DNA of 64,000 bases, taken from Octopus vulgaris (taxonomy: Eukaryota). The notes below the pieces were generated by a model, which was not told the origin of the DNA, made no database searches, and saw only the letters and a list, made by a program, of their open reading frames with translations. Positions 44,746 to 57,916 of the stretch are shown piece after piece. The stretch lies in NCBI GenBank assembly GCA_951406725.2, contig OX597816.1, forward strand, positions 86,738,001 to 86,802,000. Reading direction: 5' to 3'. Position 1 is the first letter of the stretch. Each line of letters opens with the position of its first letter. Both the position numbers and the translations under genes were made by a program.

Positions 44746-45510
44746 CAGGGTATGTAAGGTATTTGGGGACATACCTTTTTTAGGTCATTATTGCATTTTT
44801 GCAAACTCTGTATAATCATTGTTTCAGAAAATAATAATGGCAGACACTCAGCTTGCTCTAGAAATGAAGAGGCATGCAGTTATTGTAGTTTTAAAGGCTG
44901 AGCATAGCGATTTAGAATTATCTCGATTTCTAAAAGTTGCCAGATCTTTCGTCTACAAAATTTGTAAGGAGCTAGAGACTGAAGATGGAAACGTATCACC
45001 AGTATTAAAGCATAAAAAGCATTCTAAACGCTCTGAAATTATCAGAAACTTTGAATTTATCCAGCAAGTTAAACAGACCATTCATTACAACCCCAAAAAG
45101 TATAAGAAGGAACACTAAGAAATGTTGTCCACGAAGACATCAGATATAAATCTTATATGATGGGGAAAGGCCAGTTTGTCAGGAAAGGCAAAAGAATATC
45201 ATTACATCAGATCTAAAAGGCTCTTAAAGAACTGAAGAAACTGAAAACTCCAGCAGATTTGATTTGGTTTTACTCAAATGAGAAAAACTTCGACCAAGAT
45301 CAAAATTTAACAGAAGAAATGACAGATGGTGATGTGCAGATCCTTCTGAAGTTCCAAATGTTATGCATACAAAATTTCCTGAAACTGTTATGGTTGTCAG
45401 CAATGAAGGACATGTGATGCCTCCTTACTTCTTTCCACAATGCCTTAGAGTTAACTCTGTCGCCTACGTTGTGGTCCTGGAAATAACTGTTAAGCCCTGG
45501 ATAGATATAT
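44746..45510 (+). mobile_element. 3'-truncated IS630-Tc1-mariner transposon, DD37D/maT-like
   Basis: TA+CAGGG start. ATG 44837 MADTQLALEMKRHAVIV...ELSRFLKVARSFVYK; WFYSNEKNFDQDQ; HTKFPETVMVVSNEGHVMPPYFFPQCLRVNSVAYVVVLEITVKPWI. Confidence 0.8.
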
Positions 45511-45822
45511 GTAACTATTCCTTGAGATCAAGAAACTCTGAGTGAAGACGTAAGCCAAAGTGTTTTAAAAATATATGACACTAATACACACACACTCACA
45601 CATGCACACACGCACACGCAAACACACACACATACACACAGCTGTGCACATGCATACACGCGTGCACATGTTGACATACATAAATTATACACATATCGTT
45701 ATGTGTATTATACACATGCGTGTGCGTGTGTGTGTGAGTGTGTGTGTATTAGTTTCATATATTTTTAAAACACTTTGGCTTACGTCTTCACTCAGAGTTT
45801 CTCGATCTCAATCAATAGTTAC
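45511..45822. repeat. ~105-bp inverted repeat with (CA)n/(TG)n inner ends
   Basis: GTAACTATT..TTGAGATCAAGAAACTCTGAGTGAAGACGTAAGCCAAAGTGTTTTAAAAATATATGA.ACTAATACAC and its reverse complement ending at 45822. Confidence 0.92.
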
Positions 45823-45989
45823 ACGAAGAAAGGGAACGAGAAACACGAATTAGCGGAGCTCACAGTGACTTAGCTTTAAATGACTATTATTATTCCACGC
45901 AACTTAACAGTATTGACTACATATTTTGCTTAATTACATTTCACACTTGTGTGAAACTACCCTACCAATATATAATACACATACACACA

Positions 45990-46021
<32 letters not shown>

Positions 46022-46802
46022 TACACACACACACATACACACATATATATATATATATACACACACACATATATATATATATACACACATATATATATAC
46101 AGACATATATATATATGTATATATATATGTATATATATATATATACACATATATATATATATATGCACACATATATACATGTATGTTTCTGTGTGTGTGT
46201 ATTAATGCATGTTAGCGTATATATATATATTCAGGGAGAGAGAGAGAAAGAGAGAGAAGTGTACTTATGTACTATCTCTTGCAAAATAGTTTTGGCAATC
46301 AATACTTCAGTTTATAATTGATGATATGCAAGTGAAAATAAAATTTGACAGGTAATTAAATTGAAAAAGTGCAGATATGAGTAAAGCTGGCGAGTAAAAT
46401 CAGTTTGGTAGATATAAAAATCCTAAAGTAAGGCATGTCAAAGAGAGAGCAAGAGAGGGAGAGGGAAAGATTACAGAATGTGAAATTAGATGAACGAGAT
46501 ACAAGACTTAATATCTGTTCATACACACACACACACATACAAACACTACGAATATACATACATACGTGTGTGTGATTGTGTATGTTGCGTGTGTGTCTGT
46601 GTGCGTGTGTGTGAAAACGATATAGAAGGCGCATGATCTTGTTCTAGGAATTTGTGATCACGACCATAAAGCAGTCTCTTCTATTTCTGTCACGGACGGT
46701 GCGATGTATGCATAAGTAAGGTTTTATTTCAGGATGATAATCAGTACCAACCACCTGATACTGCAGCCTTTTCTCTTGATATATGTCAATGCTTCCTTGA
46801 TT

Positions 46803-46844
46803 CGCAGCTTTTCGGCTGATTTACTCTCCAGCCTTCATCAGGTG
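46803..46844 (-). ncRNA. Degenerate hammerhead, same family as 44255-44302
   Basis: CAC CTGATGA A GGCTG GAGAGTAAAT CAGCC GAAA AGCT GCG. Confidence 0.6.
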
Positions 46845-47045
46845 TCTTGGTAGAATTTCGAACCCAACCCTGGGTTCTCATTCCTAAGGTATTTTGTGAC
46901 TCACGTGGTAAAAATTCTGGAGAGAAATACGAATTCACTTGTCTATATAAATGTGGATATGCTGATTAGCTTTTATATGTTCCGATGACGCTTGGTAGGA
47001 AATATAGGAGGTAAGTTTTCCTAGCATTTCTAGATTTATCGGAAT

Positions 47046-47104
47046 ATTATGTTGATAAAGGAAATGAGTCTTATGATTCTAATCCAGAAACGTACGTCCA
47101 TAAT
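47046..47104 (+). ncRNA. Minimal hammerhead, U3-A8 variant
   Basis: ATTATG TTGATAA A GGA AAT GAGTC TTAT GATTC TAA TCC A GAAA CGTACG TC CATAAT. Perfect 6-bp helix I, palindrome ACGTACGT, GUC site. Confidence 0.78.
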
Positions 47105-47745
47105 TAACCGAAGACTGTTTCATTTCATTATTTTTCTTCTTTTCTTGCCATATGTGAGTTACAAATAGTATTGTCTGTGAAGACATATTTTTGTAGAAAA
47201 AGGAAACAGTAGTCCTTTGGCTGCTATTTCTAAAATTTTCAATATGTGGTCAAGCAACTTGTTGCAAAAACCCTTATTGTTATAATTATATAAGCTTTTA
47301 CTGTATGTGGTCCTTTTCCATACCGAAATACTACTAGGTGAAATTTGTTGATTTTATTAAATTAATTATATATATATATACACCCCAAAACTTTCTCTTG
47401 AATAAATATATTTATATGTGCATAAAGAGATTTACATATACAAATACATATAGATATGTGTGTGTGTCTGTGTGTGTGTGTGTCTGTGTTTAAGCGTACA
47501 CGCCAAATATTTAATACAAGTAAATAATATGTTCCAGCGAGCTTAATTGCAACGATCACATTTCAATAATCATATATCTTTGCTTGGTGGAAATTCATTA
47601 GGGAACGCATCACTAATATACCCATATGCATAAAAATGCATATATGAACCATATATATATATATGTGTGTGTGTATGTGTGTGTGTGTATGTGTGTGTGT
47701 GTATGTGTATGTGTGTGTGCGTGTGTGTGTGTGTATGTATGTATG

Positions 47746-47791
<46 letters not shown>

Positions 47792-48074
47792 CAACAATTG
47801 AGGGTAAAATTAATTAATTATTAATCAATTTCACCAAGTATTCAGTATGTAAAGGGACCATTTAAGGCGAATTCAAATTATTACATTATATAAAAGGGCT
47901 TAGTAAAATAAATTACTTTGCCACATACTGAACTCATTAGAAATAGCAGCTAAAAAAACTTTTTTAAAACTATTTCTAATACTTAAAGAAAATCTCTCTC
48001 ATATAGTGTTTGCTCAATTCAACTCACGAAAGTATGGGGGTAAAGACATTAAAAAATCAAATGCTAAGGTTATT

Positions 48075-48126
48075 TGAGAACGTACGTTTCAAGATTAGTC
48101 AACTCGACATTTCTATCATCAGCTCA
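48075..48126 (-). ncRNA. Minimal hammerhead with intact core (left arm)
   Basis: Reverse complement of 48913-48964. Confidence 0.8.
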
Positions 48127-48912
48127 GAACTCCTTGGTTTGGATTTGAAAACACTGAAAGTGGGAGCATACCCTTTCGGCTTCTTATCGCTTCTGAAGAT
48201 CTGCTCGAAACTAACAGTGCCAGCAAACCCAAAATATGCAAGCGAAGAATTTCTGCTCTCCTTTCGACCAGCGTGGGCTAAAATCAGTAAACACTATGCT
48301 TTTTCGGTAAAATCCGAAGCATTAAATAGAGAGAGATGAATTATAATTTCAACAATTGAGGGTAAAATTAATTAATTATTAATCAATTTCACCAAGTATT
48401 CAGTATGTAAAGGGACCATTTAAGGCGAATTCAAATTATTACATTATATAAAAGGGCTTAGTAAAATAAATTACTTTGCCACATACTGAACTCATTAGAA
48501 ATAGCAGCTAAAAAAAAAAGTTTTTTTAGCTGCTATTTCTAATGAGTTCAGTATGTGGCAAAGTAATTTATTTTACTAAGCCCTTTTATATAATGTAATA
48601 ATTTGAATTCGCCTTAAATGGTCCCTTTACATACTGAATACTTGGTGAAATTGATTAATAATTAATTAATTTTACCCTCAATTGTTGAAATTATAATTCA
48701 TCTCTCTCTATTTAATGCTTCGGATTTTACCGAAAAAGCATAGTGTTTACTGATTTTAGCCCACGCTGGTGGAAAGGGGAGAGCAGAAATTCTTCGCTTG
48801 CATATTTTGGGTTTGCTGGCACTGTTAGTTTCGAGCAGATCTTCAGAAGCGATAAGAAGCCGAAAGGGTATGCTCCCACTTTCAGTGTTTTCAAATCCAA
48901 ACCAAGGAGTTC

Positions 48913-48964
48913 TGAGCTGATGATAGAAATGTCGAGTTGACTAATCTTGAAACGTACGTTCTCA
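48913..48964 (+). ncRNA. Minimal hammerhead with intact core (right arm)
   Basis: TGAG CTGATGA T AGA AAT GTCG AGT TGAC TAA TCT T GAAA CGTACG TT CTCA. 10-bp palindrome AACGTACGTT, GUU site. Confidence 0.8.
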
Positions 48965-49155
48965 AATAACCTTTGCATTTGATTTTTTAATGTCTTTACC
49001 CCCATACTTTCGTGAGTTGAATTGAGCAAACACTATATGAGAGAGATTTTCTTTAAGTATTAGAAATAGTTTTTAAAAAGTTTTTTTAGCTGCTATTTCT
49101 AATGAGTTCAGTATGTGGCAAAGTAATTTATTTTACTAAGCCCTTTTATATAATG

Positions 49156-49196
<41 letters not shown>

Positions 49197-49246
49197 ATGT
49201 ATATATGTATGCATGTATGTATATATGTATGCGTATATGTATGTAT

Positions 49247-49247
49247 T

Positions 49248-49330
<83 letters not shown>
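49247..49330 (+). repeat. (GATA)n microsatellite
   Basis: Direct reading. Confidence 0.97.
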
Positions 49331-50807
49331 TGTCGTATTGTTACTGTTTTTTTTTTTCGCGTTAGTGTACCTACGGTATCAATTCAATGGAAGCCCTTTC
49401 AACGTAAGGCAAACATTTGAGCTTAGATTGCGAAGTATGAGTATACCGTTGCACTCAAAATTACTCCTTGATATTCCTTAATATTTTCCTTAATCCTTAT
49501 GTCTTTCCATCACGACAACTTCGGCCTAGCATCGTTTTTCCTTTGTAACAATCCTCATTTACTCTGAGAGAGCAGATAGCAGGTTCTTCTGAGAGGCAGA
49601 CAAGTTTCTTTGCAGTATTTAGTTCCATTCTTTTGCGATCTAATTTCTGATATTATCCAGGTCACCTTTGCGATTTACCTTTTACTATGATGTTCGTCAA
49701 AAATACAAAGTCTACACTTTCGAACTCCCCACTCCATTTCTGTATCTCCTTGTCCTTCTTTCATCTGGTATATCCGTATTTTTGTTTACTAGCTCTTGCG
49801 AACAGCATTTAGTCTTAACCCCACTTCTCTCAATCTCTATGTTGTTCACACGCGCGCGGGCTGTTTTCTATCTTTTTTCCGGGTCCTTAAATTGATGCTA
49901 CCTACGTGCGTCTTCATACCTTGTAAATCTCACAATTTAAACTTTCTTGTAGTTCATGATTTGGGGTTTATTTTTCACAGTAGTTTCCTGAATTACAAAA
50001 AGTAAAAATTTCCTGTTTTTTTTTACATATTTATTATTTCGTAACAGCTCTTTTTTTATGCGTGTGTGGGCGCGTGAGATTGAGGGACAAGCGTGGGCTA
50101 CTTTCTATTTTTTTATTCCGTCACATGCATATCAATTTATGACATATAGAGAGAGTCTGTCACACTGACTAAAGTAATTTCATTATAAATTTATAAAAAA
50201 ATATAAGCAACGCAGGGAAGAGAAATGAAACAGGATTAAAAGAAAATTGGATTAACCAGATGAGTGGATCTGAATGATAAAACGGAAAGCAAGAAAACAC
50301 AGGAAGGCTGAAAACAAATAAGTGAGGATATAATAAGAAACTGACGAATGAACAAAGAAATAAATGGCAGGAAGAAAGGAAATTATAAATTAAAAACAAA
50401 AATACATAAAGGAGGCAGTATAAAAGTTTCAACAATACCACATTGAAATATAGTGGAAGGTTTTCAAGCAGACGCCATTAAAAGTTTCGAAAACGTTAAA
50501 AATATTTCATATGTCCGGGATGCAGAGGTTTTGTTGGACCATTCGGATTTCCGACGTGCTGAGCGTTAGTGAGAGAGACATAGCCTTTTAATAAATATTG
50601 CAGGTATAATTTTCAGAGGCAACCGGTTTCTATTTCTCAATACCAAAGGGAATTTGGAAAATTTAGAATTAAGAGTCCCATAACAATACTGACAAATATG
50701 ACTAAATTAAGTGCCTCCTCTTCAAAGCTGAAATCTCTACTTCTGTATTTCCAAACCATCTTCAACCAGTTCTTTTATTCAGGCACTCTTCCCCATATAC
50801 TGGGTGA

Positions 50808-50879
<72 letters not shown>

Positions 50880-50882
<3 letters not shown>

Positions 50883-51252
50883 TGGGGTTATGGGCGTTGC
50901 CTAGTCATAGGTGTTTTGCTTCCCAGTTACATGATCCGACTTCAGTCCTGCTGCTTGGGCCATTGGGCAAGTATCCTCCACTGTGGCTCCAGCTGACCGT
51001 GGTGCTGTGGGTAGATTTGATTAACGGAGGCTGAAGGAATACTGTTGTGTATGTGTGTCAACAACCACCACTTGACAACCGGTGACGGTGTGTCTACATC
51101 CCAGTAAGTTACTAGTTATGGCAGGAGATACTGCCGAACTAAGTACCAGGTTTGAAAAGAAATAAGTACTAAGTCGATTTGTTCGACAACAAATTCTTAA
51201 AGGCGTTGCCCCAACATGGCCTCAGTCTAATAACTGAAACAAATTAAAGATA
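50880..51252 (+). mobile_element. Diverged tRNA-derived SINE
   Basis: TTTGCTTCCCAGTTACATG...TTGGGCAAGTATCCTCCACT...GTAGATTTG...AAGGCGTTGCCCCAACATGGCCTCAGTC. Same family as 13985-14340, opposite strand. Confidence 0.75.
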
Positions 51253-51779
51253 ATACACACACACACACGTGCACGCACGCACACACACACACGTGTGAGT
51301 GTGTGTATTCATATGTAATTGAATCTCACAAGACATGCATTCGATCAATAGTAGATAAAGCTGGTTTTCTCCAAGATATGGTGCTTATTTTTGAAATATA
51401 TATTCCACCACTCATAATATTGAGTTCTTTAATTCTTAGTGTTTGTTGTACATATCGCTGAAAGACATGTACGCAAATACAAAAGCATATAAATATATAT
51501 ATATATGCACATGTGTATGCCTGTATGAATGTATGCATGCATGTATGTATGTATGTATGTATGTATGTGTGGATGAATGTATACGTGCGTATGTGTGATA
51601 AACTGTTGTTATTGAAATATATAACTATTATTTTTTCCTTCTTAGCCTAGTACTGTCAATTATACTTATTTAACAAGAGAGCAAAATGGATGCATTAACG
51701 CTATTGAATTTTCTAATATATGTGTTCAACTAAACCTGTATGTATGTATATACCTGTGTATATATATATATATATATAT

Positions 51780-52680
51780 TAAGGTATGTAGAAAAATACA
51801 ACATGGACAAGAACGTATAACTCTTAGAAGACGACACAATAAACACGGACAGGACATTCGAAACCCTCAGTCTTCAGTCAAGAACCGGATCATCGTAGTA
51901 ATTTCGGCTGATTAATCTTGAGATTACTAGATCACGGCCAGCCCTCCAAGAAAAACCAAGCAACGAGCATTAGAAAAACTAAGCTGGAAGCGTAGATTTC
52001 CTGGAAGAAGGATCGAATGCATACGAACACCAGGACAGCAAAAGGGACAGATATAAAAAAACAAAAAACAATAATGGAATACAGAAACATGAAATACAGA
52101 AGCATTAACGGTGAAAACAACAGTGTCTTACGACTGATAACAAGCAAACAAATTTTTTCTCTGGCGCAATGGAGAAAGCCTTTATAGTGGCGGACGAAAA
52201 CAGCGATGTTAACAAGACGAGGGTCAGAAGCTGAAAGGCAGATTTCGGCCAACAGTCACGTGACAGAGAAGAGGGAAAAGAAAAGAAAGAGAAGCAAAGG
52301 AAGAGAGAGAGAGAGGAGAGAGAGAGAGGAGGGACAAACGCAACAAAGAGAGAGAAGAGAGAGAAAGAAGGAATCAGAGAGGAGAAGGGATGGGTGTCGA
52401 AGAATGACCTGTGAGTGCAGAGCGAGACAAAGAAATAGGAGGGTAGTGGAAGACTAGACCAAAGAATCAGAGGAAAGAGAAGAGAAAAAGAGGATGAGTA
52501 GAGAGAAAAGAGAGAGAGGGGGACAGATCAAGTAAAAATGAGAGAGAGAGAGAGACAAACAGAGAGTCGTACCAATTATTAAGAATATGTGCTCACATAA
52601 ATGTTAAGGGGGGTCGCAATGGAAAAAGCCTTTATAGTGGCGGACGAAAACAGCGATGTTAACAAGACGAGGGTCAGAAA
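51780..52680. repeat. (TA)n-flanked cassette with 65-bp direct repeat (450-bp period)
   Basis: CGCAATGGA.AAAGCCTTTATAGTGGCGGACGAAAACAGCGATGTTAACAAGACGAGGGTCAGAA at 52165-52229 and 52615-52679. Confidence 0.8.
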
Positions 52681-52809
52681 TATATATATATATATATAAA
52701 TATATGTATGAATGTATGTATTTGTATATATCAATGTGTTCATATGTATATGTATTAAGAGAGGTAGGAATAGTCTTGAATATGATGGAGTAATACACAC
52801 ACACACATT

Positions 52810-52840
<31 letters not shown>

Positions 52841-55639
52841 ACACACTAACAAACACACACACACATATATGTTTATATATGTGCCATATATCATATTTTC
52901 CTCCATTCTATTAATCTGTTCTCTCCCTCTCTTTCTATTTCTTACCATTGAGTTCAGTAAAATATCATTAGCGAAATAAAATTAAACTTTCACACTTCAT
53001 ACAGCTTTCTCCATACTTCACTGTTTTGTCATTTAAGCTCTGCTTAACAATAGCTAATGAAGAGGCACTAGACGCTAACAAACATTGTAAAGATTCTGCA
53101 AATTTTTGCAAGATTCTCCGATAATGTAATTAAAGTTAACATAGAACGTGTCTAATTATGTATTGAATTCAATGTCACTCCTTGTGTTCTCATTATAAGA
53201 GATATTCTCATTATCTTCATACATAGATGTGACTATATATATATATATATATATATATCTATGTATGTATTTATGCATGTATGTATGTACGTACGTAAAT
53301 GCATATTCCAAGTCGGAGACCATAACTTTTACACCTGCATTGCTGACATTTTGCGTAGGGAGCACAGCTTTTGATGAAGAAGGTCATATTCTATTTAGGC
53401 TTTATTTTGGTCTGTATTTATTTTGGGGTTTTGTTTGGGTTTTTCTCCGTGTTTTAGAAATCTCTACTTGAACTATCTTCTAAAAGCTTTCGATGCAAAA
53501 AACTTTAATGAATCATTATTCCTCGACCAAATGAAGATTGTCAGCATCTCTTAGAAACAATATACCTTAAATATAGTGAATTCATATTATTGCATTTATT
53601 TTGAATATTAATGATTTCAGACAATGTTGGGTAGTGCTGTTAGTCTGAAATAAGTTAATTTAGTAAAATAGTAAGGTGACTAGTGTTATGGATCTACTCT
53701 AACCAGGCACCTATACATTGGAATATAACAGTTGGGTGAGGAGGTGCATCCTTAGTAGTCAAGGTAATCTTGTGGTATTCCTTGATTAGCCTAACTTGGA
53801 TGATCTCCTGTATCAAGAGAACTGCTTCATTCATCTCTTCACATATTTTTATACTATGTAACCTTTTTAAATCTGATTTCTCCATTTGCCCCATTCTTTC
53901 CCTCATCTTTTTTTACCTAAATCCCTCAAAACTGTAAACTGTCCTTCTAATGGCTCAATCATTTGATGCCTCTGTGGAGAATAAAAGAAATAATAACGTT
54001 TTGTTGCTTTTTGTTTTTGTTACAGAAGGTATGGGAGATTACCTTTTGCGTAAATGTTCTCATGGAAATTAGAAAATGAATGTCGATACAACAACATTTA
54101 TAAACATAGCACCTTAGAGACATATACATCCACAAATTTGTTGCCATTTCTGTGTTTACTTCATACTATTTAAACACCAACACAATTATTTATTTCCTTT
54201 TCATTAGGGAACAAAGGCAATACATTTTAGTGGTATAATACATTTATTTGAATGATGAGATTCAATATATTTCGAGCCTTCTAAAATAACTTAACAAAGA
54301 AAAAATGCCTACCAAATCGCACCTTACTGTCTAATATAACCGTGCTGACGTTGACTTTTGCAGCTATGACATCAATTACAACATCTGTGATGTTGTTAAC
54401 TATATATCATTTTCACTATAAACCATTACCTGATGCTTCCCACTAACTGTTCCAACGCCCTCGTTTTCTTCGATGAATTTCTCTGAAAGCTCAGCCGAAC
54501 GTTTTGCATAATTGTTCGTTGACCTTTAAACGTTAAAACACGACAGTAACACTATTAGACTTGACAAAATATCCGCTTCTTTCGTGGGTTAGTAAGTTAT
54601 GGAAATGTTATGTAACCCGTTATCCTCTAGCAAACTAAACCAGGATAAGGAAAATTAAAATACAAATTAAATAGAAAGTCTTACGGTATATCATCAAAAT
54701 AAACACGTTGCATAAAGAATAAAAAAAAAATAACATCCACTAAACAGAACCATGCGAAAAGAAAGTTATCTGCCGTAAATTTCTTGTGTGTGAGACAGAG
54801 AGAGAGAGAGAGACAGACAGATAGACAGACAGACTGAGAGAGTGAGAGAGAAAGAGAATACATATGTGTGCGAGCGCGTGTACATGCGTATATCTATGTG
54901 TATATATATGTGTATATATAAATTTACATAGGACTGTATATGTATGCATATGCATTTATGCTTATATATCTGTGTGAGTCTATACATACTGTATATATAT
55001 ATATATACATGGACATACATATACACACATAGAGTTATATGTGTGTATGTTTGTGTGTGTGTGTGTGTGTATCTGTGTGTGTGTGAATCTGTGTTTATAA
55101 AACATGTTTCACATGTTGAATATAAGTAAAATACGTCGCTATTATACAGGTACATTGTGAACCGCAAACAAGTAAAAGGTCATGCTATTGATTAGCAAAT
55201 ATTCTCTCTCCACCAAGTAACAAGCATTTGTTTACCAGCATGATGAGTGCTGTGTTTGCGTCTTGTCCTATCATAACAAGTTTTATCCATTGAGACTATC
55301 AGGTTGTTTACATCAGAAAACCTATCTCATTATTTTCTCCAATTCCCCCTGAATCCAACTAAATTATTTTTCATAATGGTTTCTTCCACAGACCTGTGTA
55401 AATCTCAGGAAATGAGTATTATCAAGTTCATTTTATTTTTCAGGAGACCGACTCAAATTCTAGCTGAATATGAAAAGGATAGGTAGATTGGTCGTATTAG
55501 CATTACCGTAGAAGAAAAAATGATATTGCGCTTTTGACACCCACGAGCCAACGATAATGCATCTAATTGGTCGCACGAACTGCTAGAATAGCAGCCAAAC
55601 TTCCTTCAGATCACAATGCAGTGTCTAAGAAAAAGAAAT

Positions 55640-55890
55640 TGATTTCAAATTTTGGCACAAAGCTAGCAATTTCGGGGTAAGGGCTGTGAATTAAATCGAT
55701 CCCAATGTTCGACCTTGGCGGCATTTGACTCAGAACATAAAGACGGACGTAATGCCGCTCACGATGTGCTAACAAATCTTATTTCTTTACTACCCACAAA
55801 GGGCTACACACAGAGGGGACAAACAAGGACAGATAATTATATCGACCCCAGTGCGTAACTGGTACATATTTAATCGACCCCGATTAAATG
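55640..55890 (-). mobile_element. SINE fragments
   Basis: TTTCAAATTTTGGCACAAAGCTAGCAATTTCGGGG...GGCGGCATTTGACTCAGAAC and ATCGACCCCAGTGCGTAACTGGTAC. Confidence 0.7.
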
Positions 55891-57864
55891 CGTTGGATTG
55901 AGAGAGCCAAGATAATTTATAAATGATAGGAAAACTTGGAGAGATTTTGTGGACGGATGAGTGAATTTGACGTTGCTCAAAGGAGTATAGAACCAGCATG
56001 ATGCAGCGGGGGTAAACCAGCATATGCTCTCGAGCACCGTTGCTGATATGGCGGGTTGCATTCGACGCCTTGACCCGAATATAGAACGGGGTTCACTTGT
56101 TTGAGCTGGGAAAGGAATGGAATGCTTTGTGTGTGTCTTCTTGTGGCTACCCGCTACCTTAAAAAAAATGGGGAATAGGCCTGGGTATATAAAATAAATG
56201 AAACTGCGTGTTAAGCTGCGTGGCCTAATTATCAGACCGTTGGCCTCATAGCCATGAGTTCGTGGATTCAGTTACTGGACCGAGAAAGCGTTAGGTTCTT
56301 GATGAAACGGTTCAATTTCACGTTTTTCACGTTGCTTCAGTTGAATAGGAGTACCACTCACGGTGCTCTATGTCTTCTCGCGATTATATCGAATCCTAAA
56401 ACAATTAACGAAAACATGGTACATGCTAATGAGTCATATATGTTTGCGCCTGATTGCTATGATGCGAAACAAGCGACTAATAAATCATTATTTACAGTTA
56501 CCTGTAATAGAAGGGTCCCAAAGTGCACAAGTCACTAACAATTCGATTGTTCGATGTCGTTTCATCTGCCGTTACAACAAAATCGCATTTGAAAAATTTT
56601 AGAATACAACATCCCAGTAACCCACATATATGAAAATTATAATACTACTTAAGAAAGGAAAAGTATCATCGAGAAGAGTTTGTGATGACCTTCAATTTCT
56701 CCTTCCTGCCTTTTTCTGTTACTGTTTCACTTAGACTTAAAATACTTGTTGGAAAACATAAACGTCACAATTCAAGATTTTCTGAAAGCATGGATTGAAT
56801 TTTGTTTGTACCTGAGCTAATGTACAACGATTAGCAATTATTATGAAGGTGGCTTAACGTGATGGAAAAGCTTCCTAAAAATAGTAACCGAAAATTCTCA
56901 TGCCACATAGTACCGTTTAAAAATTGCAATAATGTATTGTACAATATAGTCCTACGTGAAGTATGCCTGAAAAAAAAATATAAAAGAAATGATTGCCATA
57001 TTTGGAATATTTGTGATCAAATATTCATCTCCATTCGTGCAAGCTTTAGTATAAACAATTACAACAACTAAATCTAATATAGTTGTTGTTACTCCTTGGT
57101 TACATAAAGGAAAACAATATGATTACAATAATTTCGTAATAGAAACATATAATCAACCCGAGCCGACTGAAGCAGCCCATCATGATTTGAACTCAGAATG
57201 TTGAACTGATCAAAGTATAGAAAGATAATGATTCCGGCGCTCTCCTGTAGTTACTACAGCTATCGCCTGCGATAGTTGTGAGTAATGCTGATTCTGGAAA
57301 ATTGTTTCATCAGACGTATACTTTCTTTCTTATTAATTTAAATCTATATTTGACTTAATTTTGTTTTTTTATTCAACTAAGATTTCTTTTCTTTTTCAAT
57401 CAAATTTATCAATAAGACCAATTTCAATTAAAGCTACATCATAGACCTTATGTATGTTTTAATGAGATTTATCAATCAACTATTCTAATAAATATTTCAA
57501 TTAAATACACAAAATCCACAATGTCTTCTCTTTTTTATTAAAAATTTTCAATTAAATATTTTGATAAACAAGAATTTATTTTGTACATTCAAATATATTA
57601 ATGTACGAAGTAAATTAATATAAAATAACAATGTGTAAACATGAGTTGTCTGTCATCAAATACATTTCATAAGAATTAACTGAAGTATGTAATATATGTA
57701 TGATACGTGTTAACGATAAATGTCCGATTGATTCTAACGTTGACGAGTGAATAGCCCGGCAAGTGTAGAAGCAGTAATATCGATAATTGTGGCGAATCCA
57801 ACCCCAAAACAGGTCCTGAGAAAACAGCCTTTCAAAGAATAAGAGAACAAACAGGTAGAGAGCG

Positions 57865-57916
<52 letters not shown>

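Larger units (their letters stand above)
47784..49157. mobile_element. (TA)n-flanked cassette: 558-bp-period partial tandem folded into a ~635-bp-arm palindrome
   Basis: 47784-47958 is repeated at 48342-48516. 47882-48516 is inverted at 48521-49157 with a few differences. The twin ORFs 48010+ and 49029- reflect this symmetry. Confidence 0.92.

Noticed and set aside
48188-48225. Extra CTGAAGA-TCTGCTC-GAAA-CTAACAG-TG hammerhead-like string on the plus strand
   Set aside because: No helix II, no helix I, and G at the cleavage position.
48010-49029. Twin ~100-aa ORFs MLNSTHESMGVKTLK on opposite strands
   Set aside because: A by-product of the palindrome. TTG start, no recognisable domain, and frameshifted relative to each other.
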